DNA of 64,000 bases from the human T2T-CHM13v2.0 reference genome, Homo sapiens, in assembly GCF_009914755.1 (NCBI RefSeq), contig NC_060938.1; one strand, 5' to 3'. The translations under genes and the position numbers were made by a program. Every line of letters begins with the position of its first letter. Within the stretch, counting starts at the first letter, position 1. The notes below the pieces were generated by a model that was given only the letters and a program-made list of their open reading frames with translations, did not search any database and was not told the DNA's origin. Of the stretch, positions 55,701-64,000 are shown in pieces.

Positions 55701-57379
55701 TGAAAGGCTCGCCCTAGTGCCTTGTCAGGATGGCTCTCCTCTTTGCTACTTCTGCACGGGGCATCCCTCTGCAGGTCTCATTCAGGGCTTGGCCAATGTG
55801 TGCAACTCCTGGACAAGCTGGCCCCATAGGGCGTAGCAGAGCGTTGACTCCTATTAAGATTTTAAATAGGGGAAAAGAAAGAAAAGCGGCCAAAGAACTA
55901 TTTAGGGAAGAAGGCTATGAGCTTAATTTCTGTGTCCTCTAATGAAATTTACCTCTTTCCTAGAAATTCTTCTCAATGAAAAATAATATTCATTTAAACA
56001 TTGCATATTTATACAAAGGAACTGCTTTTTTTTCTCTGCCTATTAAGATGCAGGGTAGTTCTACTTTAACATCCAAGGTTTTTCTTATTCCTTACTCAGC
56101 AGAAAAAGCCTACTCAAACAAAAGGAAGAAACTGACATATTTGGATTGACAGATGTCAAGGGACACTACCATCTAATTTCCTTGTTGATTAATTTGAAGG
56201 TAATTTCCTGGTAACCCAGGCTTCCAAAAATGTATTTTAAGTGGCATGTTGGTAAAAGAAAATTAATTTCTCTGTGTTAAACTTGCCAGCTTTTGAATTA
56301 ATTGCATGAGCATAACAATCAATTAATAAATGTTAAGCAAACAAGGGAAAATCGGTCAATTAAAAATGATAAAATTGATTCGAAGGGTAGATAAACCAAA
56401 AGTGTGTCATAATGCCCACTTCTGAGTTTAGATCTCCTGCCTCTGTACAATTTCCCTCCCACTTTTCTACACCACATTCAAACTGCTGATGCTTTATTAT
56501 AATTTCTTATAAATAAATTACCACCTAAGCCCTCCTTGCTGCTTTATTGGCATTAAAGAAGCCAAACATACATAGCAGTCCTCCAGCAGCTATGGGGAGA
56601 AGGTCATTGCTTTGGGAAAGTGTGCCACCCACAGTACTCTGCAGAAGTGTTTTTGAAAGGGAAGCCTTTTCAAAGTGGACCAATGTTCTCTAAATATTTA
56701 CCAGTACATTCTGTCAAGAGGAAGCTCAGTATATTGTCTTCTTTTCTCCTGGTCATACACTCAGATGTCTCCCAGAGATCAGGCAAAATGGGAAGTGGCA
56801 GGGCCTAGAGAGAGTGCTTGCCCCATCGCAGAGCATTCATATGAAACATTCTTAAACACAGTGCTATGTATACTTTCATATCTGGAGCTGAAGGTGACCT
56901 GGAATACATGGATTTATTCTTCAGCCCTGGATTTTGAATTTGTTTCTTCACTTGGGAAGCTAGGTGCTTTGGAAATAATGTTTTAAGAAAGTATAGGAAA
57001 AATAAAATGTATCTAGTAAAAAGAGCTTGCAGGCTGCGTAGTCTTTATAACTATAATGGAAGATTGTCATTATTTACCTGGCCTGCTACTGGTTGTCTTT
57101 AGTCCTGACTGAGTAGCGTGTTTTACCACAAAATACTTCCAATTGTCCTTTTAGACGTGGATTAAAAAGAAATCAAAGATCGCAACATGCACATCACAAA
57201 TTTCTCCATTTTGCCAAGGGCATTTAGCATAATGGATATGATAAAGTTTCTAGAATGATTTTTATTTAAGCATATATAAGATTTCTGAATAAAATTGGGA
57301 AAAAATATCAAGACTTCCTTAGTACACTTAAATTTCTAAGTCCAGCTGAATCTTCACTTGAATGTTGACAATTTCTCAA

Positions 57380-57790
57380 TCTTAAGGGTGACCAAAACAA
57401 AACCCACCCCAAGATGTTTTGCCATCCACCTGCCCTTCCCATCTCAGTAAGTGGCACCACCCCCTGGCCAAAAGCTTAAGAGTATCCTTTCATTCCACTC
57501 TTTACCTGCCACCTCACAACTAATACATCAACAAGTGCTGTCAAGTCGACCTTCACAGGGTATCCAACATCCAACTACTTGACACCATTTCTTCCTGAGC
57601 TACCATCTTCTCCCTCCTACCTGGCTTTCCCAATTTTACTCGGGGCCCCAGAGCAGCCATTTAAATCAGCCAGAGATGTTTATCAGAGCTCATCTTTCCC
57701 CCTTTATCTGTCCTTTTCATTGCTGTATCCCCAGAATCTAAAATAGCGCCTGGCAATAAATTAATCTCAAAGATACTTTGGAACGAATGA
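57380..57790 (+). mobile_element. L2 fragment
   Basis: ttcccatctcagtaagtggcaccacc...tgctgtatccccagaatctaaaatagcgcctggca. Confidence 0.7.
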
Positions 57791-60700
57791 AATTATGTAG
57801 TTTGGAAGAAGTGCACAACATGATACAGGATCATTTGGACACTTCAAAAACATTATTTGACCGTGTAGAGACCAGGAAAGACTAGGACACCCACCCCTGA
57901 ATGTGAGTAGTTCATACATCTGTCATTCAACTGCTCGCCTCATCCCTTCCTTCTAAAGTGTTATGGAAAAGCACATATCGTGGGTGAGTGGGGTCAGTTT
58001 GCCCATCCTGCCTAAAGCCTCTCCTTTGGGGGTTATGTCTGCCTAAACCAAACAAGTTAAAAAAAAAAAAATCAAGTGCTGATTCCAGTTATTTTAAACA
58101 GTTTCATACTTACTTGGCAATTATGATAGCACAAGTCTCTCCAATAATCAAAAGAATCATTACTTGTTTTGCTAAAATCCCAAGGAAATAGCACAATATG
58201 TAATATTTCGGCACTAATGAGGTTGTGCCTGAAGAAGTGTGATTTTAATTATGATAGATTTGGAGAATCCATTGCAAAACTGCAGGAGAACAGCATGTTG
58301 TACCAGTTCCAGGGAAAGTGCATTAATATCCCATGTTTTTGTTTTATTTAGTCATCACTGGCTGTGTGGAGAATCACCTAAGGTAATGATAGAGCTACCA
58401 AGAACTACATCAAATAGAACCCTATAAAGAAACTTTATTTTCTCCTCCCATACTATGGACAGAACGTGTACTACAGGGGAATATTTGTCTTGAGTTGTCT
58501 TACAAACTTACAAGATTGATTTGCTTGGCCACTGACAGTTTTGATCCTAACACAACTTTTCCAGCACCTTCCATCCTTCAAAGGTTGAAAGTCACCACTT
58601 AAGCACAGTGGCTCACTAAGCCTTTACACTGGCAGAGAGAGGAAAGGAGTTTCTGTAGAATTTCACTTCATTCAAAAGACTGATCTGGGTTGGGTTTGAA
58701 AGCTCTGGGTGGAAGTCTGCATATGAGCAGGGCACTGATTACTTCATTAGAACCCTGTGCACTTCAAGAGCCATATGCTTTCAAGTTTCTTTAAATGGTA
58801 TTAGGGAAAAATATCCTCAAGGCATTATTTTTAAAGGGGACTTCAAACATTCCCCAGAAGAAAAAAAAAAAAAGAGTATAGCACATTTGAACTCAAGGGG
58901 GTTTCAGGAGAAATCTTACTTAGCACGACTGTGAAAATGGAACAATCTTTTCAGTTTCAGGGTAAAGTCAGCGTTGGTCACAATCAGGGATAAATTTGAA
59001 ATGTGGATGGAGAAAGATGCAGAAAATCTCCAAATCCTTGAATCCTTACCATAAAATAGCAAAGAAGATGACTTGAGGAAGGAAATTTTTTAAAAATATT
59101 TTTGTTCTTACGTTCGAGGGAATAGGGAGAATTGAGTGTCTTGCACAGTGCAAAAATTGATGAATTCTTCCCATTTCATTCCACATAGAAGATCCTTGTA
59201 AAATAATTCTCCATCCCCAACTTAGGCTACATGTACTCAAACATATTTTAAAGACCCAGGAAGCCAGGCTACAGGTAGAAGTAAAGCTATTCATTTTGAG
59301 TTTTACTGCAGAAGGTCTGCTCCAGAGGTCAAATCAAAGAGATGCTTCTCCAAATTTAAACTCTTCTTTTCTAAATAGATCCCAACCTGATCTCATTTAA
59401 TGCATTGATGTTTAGTTTCTTAGGCATTATAACTGCAGTATAACATACCAAAAGGACTCTTGAGAAATTCTCCCGAATTGATAATTCTAATTTCTTATGT
59501 ATAACTACTCTATATTCACTCAGAGGACAACTGTATTGTATGCTAAACCATGAATCATAAAAATTGGTCCCTTTGTATGTAGGTTTGTATTAAATTGAGA
59601 TGCTGTCTTTTTTTTTTCCCTGTTTGTTCCCACACTTGAGTTCCTGATGTCAGTTTGTTTTTGGCTTCTTGAGCATATTAAAGTTTTTCTAGTGCTTATG
59701 ATGTTCTTGCCAAGAGCACACTTGCAGCAATCTGCACTAGAACAGTCTTTGTGCCAATTACTTCAAAAAGTATTCTTTAAAATAAAAAGGGGGAGGGAGG
59801 ACTTTTATTTCAGGGAACTTTCAGGTTATAGTGTGGTGGTTTCAATTTTAATTTTTAGAGTCAATCTTCCTGAAATGATGACTTACAGGCTCTGGAATGT
59901 GCATCTTTGTTTGGGGGCTCTTTTTTTTAAGACTTTCTACAAAATGGAAATCCTGATAAAGACATACGAATAGCAGCGGGAATCAGTGGTATGGAGGAAA
60001 CTGCTGTCGCTGCTGACACCACACCCTCATCTATTTAAACAGCTTTGGAAAGGAAACTGCTAGAAGCTTGTTAAGGAGTTTCCAAATGTGTGACTGTAAA
60101 TGACTATCTCTAATCATGGCTGAATAAACCAAATGCAGCAAATGAGTTGGTGACACGCACAAAAGTCATATGAGTGTTTTGAATTGCATATGCTGAATAG
60201 ATAATAACCTGTGTCAGTGCCGTGGGGTCTTTTGAAGGTTAAAATCTTAAGTTTGATCGAATCATTTATATAGAGAGAAATAAGCACATTTGGGAAAACA
60301 AAAGAGGAAAATGGAAGGGGATATGTTCTCTGAAATGTACCACTGAATAGTAGAAAAATCGCTGGGCAAGAGATTAGGAGACCTCTTTTCTTCTTGTGTC
60401 TGCCACTAACTGGCCCTGCATCCTCGGGCAGGACATTTCACCTGACCAGACCTCAGTCTTCGCTTCTTTAATGTGGAAGGGTTGGCCGAGTGGTCTCCAT
60501 GGCCCCCTCCAGCTCCAGCTTGCTTGAGGTCTTTCTGGGATGCTGAACACAGGAGGTACTTGGCACCGCCGTGGATTCATCCACTCCATAAAGCGAGACA
60601 TTTCGAGAGGCATATTGTTACCAGAAATTACTCTCATTTAGGATGAAATAGAGGGTTGAATTAAACAGCCTTTTAAAATATTATAGAGTTCAGAGGGTAG

Positions 60701-63204
60701 CTTAAGAAACATGGAAGAAAATGTCCTGTGCTAATTAATATTAAACACAGAACATCTGTGCCTAGCAAAGAGTGTAAACTAAGAAGAGAATGGAGATAGA
60801 AAGTTACAGAGGCTTAGGGTTTTGGTGATGGGTCAAGGCTTTGTACTTAAAGAGATTGGATTCAAATACACCCTGCTAAGGAAGGGGTGGCCTCAGATGC
60901 AGTGTAGTCAGGCTCACTCACTTTCCCAATGAAAAAATAGATGCTGAGAAAGGAGGTCCTTGCCATCAAACAGGAACTACATGTTGTCCAACTATGCCAG
61001 GGAAACTGAGGAATATTGGCTTCCACTCTGCATTCTTTCTTTCTTACATATATTTGTGTCTACAATGCCTTAAGAGAAGTCTCTTTGTTCTTTTATTACT
61101 TTAAGAGTTCCAGATACCTACTGCAGCCTCTTGGGAATTGATCATTTTTAGGTTTGATCACTAAAGAATTTTTTATCTAAATTTGGGGAGTATTGGTTTT
61201 TTTTTTTTCCAAAATATATATGACCCACGTGTTTGCTTTAAACAATTTTAACTATAAGAAATAGAATCACTATTATTTGTGGTTTCCCCTTTAAGGGGAT
61301 GGCTTCTTTAAAAAAAAAATTTCAGCTCAAGAGACAGCAGAGTTGCACTTCCCTAGGGCTGGTCTACCCATCTACATGGACAATTGTCTTTACTTCTACA
61401 TCCTCTAAAGCTGAGGAAGACAGGAGTGGCTGGCTTCACATTTTCCTTTATTATCAAAATATAATCATTTATTCTCCTAGAGCCCTTGAAGTTAAATGGG
61501 GGCACTGGGGAGGCTATCCTTCCGTGAGGCTGCCTTAACATCTTCTCACAGCAGCAGAATGCTCTCTAGGACTACCATCTTCGGCGGAGGGGTACACGGC
61601 TGTCTTTGAATATATGTTGCATTTATTGCAGTTTAGTGTCTGTGTCCAAGTTCTGCTAGCAAACTCAAGAGAAACAAACAAAGAGAAACAAAGTTTAAGT
61701 ACTAACTTAGAACAAGACTAGTTGGGAAACTCAGGACATTTAAGTAAAACACACATTCAACAAAGGCGTTAAGCAAGAATAGAAAATAGAAAATATTTAC
61801 GTAATTTCTTTTCTAATAAGAGCTTGGGGGTTCTAAAGAAAATGCATCAATGTAGTACAGTACTTCTTCCTGGGGAGGTGCTAAGTAGGGGGAGTAGGGA
61901 AGCAGTTTTTCTTCCTTGCCTGACGTGGGACTAGTTCTGAGTCTTTTTTTATATAACGTTGTTGGAAAATACAATTGCCGTGTGTAATATTGAGAAGAAC
62001 TGCCTCTCTACCCTCAAGACAGTGACACTAAGCCATGAGGGGCCTCAGGGGGCCATGAAGGGCGACACCCCGCTCCTTTACATCAAGTGATAGAGGAATA
62101 AAAAAGTTCCCCTCCACAGTAGTACAATGGGCCTCTGTCCTTCTCTAGGAGACTTTAATAAAGTAACTGAATCAAATGAAATTTGATCAGATGTATACAG
62201 TTCAGCCTTCTTGCTTTGCCCCTTAACAATTTATCGAGGTGTTTCTACCCATGGTCCTGTTTTATTAAATGATATTTGAAGTGTTCCACCCTCTGAGAAA
62301 ATGTGGTTTATATCCTTGGCATACATTTACATAATCTCATTAAGGAGATCTCTCCAGCTTAGTTAAACTATCCCAATAAAAAATCTTATCTTTAGTAGAA
62401 AAAGACTGTTTTCTCCAAAGGGAACAGGAAGCTAATGGGGGGGCCAGGCACATTTTGAGAAGCTAAAGCTGTAATTATAGTTATATTTTTTATGCTACGT
62501 ATGTGAAGTTTGTTAAGAGAGATGGATGGGAAATAATTGTTGTTTGGAGGATACAGTCATGTAAGAAGAGAATGCTGTGGCTAATGTATTTTAAATGTGG
62601 TTTTAAAAATAATTTTTTATTTGCTCCCTTAGAAAATATTTCTGCATTAAAAAAAAAAAAAACTAAGAGTGAAAAATTACCAGCAATCTCTCAGCTCCCC
62701 ACTGGAGCCATCAAATGAAGGGTTAACCTCTCAGAATCCCCGGAATTAATCAGGAGCTCAGCCAGGGGCCGGCTGGGCTAGGGGGAGGGGATTGGCAGAG
62801 CTCAGCCTCCCCCAGAGGCTTACAGCACTACAGTGCAGCCCACTGTGGTGCGGCCACTGAGAGAATGCAGACCTTTTCAGAGATAAAGGAGCGTGCACAG
62901 GAAATATGCCCTGATCCCACATCAGCCAAGGCTTCCTGCTTCTCATGCACTGATCCTCCATTTTCAAAGAGCCAAAAGGCAACAAGTTATGTTCTACAGA
63001 GTAGGATTTTTTTAAGTACAGCTTTAATCATAAATATATGTTCATCTTTCTTTGCTCATTTAGAAGGCAGTCTGTGATGTGCACCTGGGTCATCTTTATT
63101 AAGATCTCTCAATTCATTCTGCTCTCCTGATGGAGAGGAAGCTGCAGCTGGGTGGATGGTATGTCCTGCCAGCCACTGTCATACAGGGCACTAGGAGTTC
63201 TTGC

Positions 63205-63333
63205 TGTTATGCGGATTCCCAGGCCCCTGTGTCGATTTAGAAAATCTGAACTTTTGGGGCAGGAACCTGGGAACCAACATTATTAATAAGCTCTCCACGT
63301 GATTCCTGTGCACATTCAAATGTAAGAACCACT
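63205..63333. mobile_element. MER5-like hAT-Charlie element
   Basis: gcggattcccaggcccc...aatctgaac...aataagctctccacgtgattcctgtgcacattcaaatgtaagaaccact. Confidence 0.75.
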
Positions 63334-64000
63334 AACCCCAGAGGTTTTTTGTTTAAAAGAAATCCCTCACATCAGCATTAGGTGTTGTAAGCTTTCCAAT
63401 TAAGGTAAAGAACAAAATAGGTTTTCCCTCATGTGCCAGGCCCATTTACTCATTTTAATAATTTGGGTGTTGAACAAAGTGAGTTGACTTCATGTGTAAG
63501 AGTAACAATACCCATGTTCACATGCATACGTGTACCTGAAGTCTGTTTTCCTTCAGGACTTTAGTATGTCAAGGAGAGGAGATAAGTTAGGCCTTGACTT
63601 CTTTCCTTTTCCTGTGCCTTCCTTATGTATAACTTCAGATCTGTCCATTTCCTGAACCAACCTTCCCTTAGTCTCTTCAGGATTCAGACCAAGCATCAAA
63701 CTATATGCTCCAATTACATCACTCTTCCCGCTCACCTCATTCCCATTTAAAACAAGTGAAAGATCATGGAGTCCCTGATAATTAACACTTTTTATGTAAT
63801 TGTAGACTTTTTATGCCACAGGACTGGTTTCTACCAGCCTTCGTTCCTAACTTTGGCTGGGATTCTCTCCCTGGAACCCACTTTCACCTGCTCTCTTATC
63901 CATCACCAGAGCTGCCCTTAAGTTGAGCCCACCTGAAACCCTGACAACCTAATTCCTGCTGGTCTTCTATCCTTAAGTGCTGAATCTTACTCCCTTACTT

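Overview
Primate (human-like) genomic DNA lying wholly inside the NPAS3 gene (class I bHLH-PAS transcription factor), + strand. One coding exon is present (32565-32683, 119 nt, (V)[39 protein letters not shown], end of the PAS-A region), flanked by more than 31 kb of intron on each side. The introns carry the usual repeats: seven Alus, young and old L1 pieces, MaLR solo LTRs (THE1, MST, MLT1), a near-full-length Tigger1 with two nested Alus, MIR, L2, CR1/L3 relics and MER elements. Repeat-free, motif-rich blocks between them are candidate enhancers. No undescribed protein-coding system is supported; the other ORFs are repeat-derived or chance. The best structural finding is at 43495-44727, where one 16-bp target site occurs three times. 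An Alu and later a 5'-inverted L1PA2-like element carrying a ~224-bp 3' transduction used the same endonuclease nick. Boundaries of old repeats and subfamily calls are by eye and approximate.
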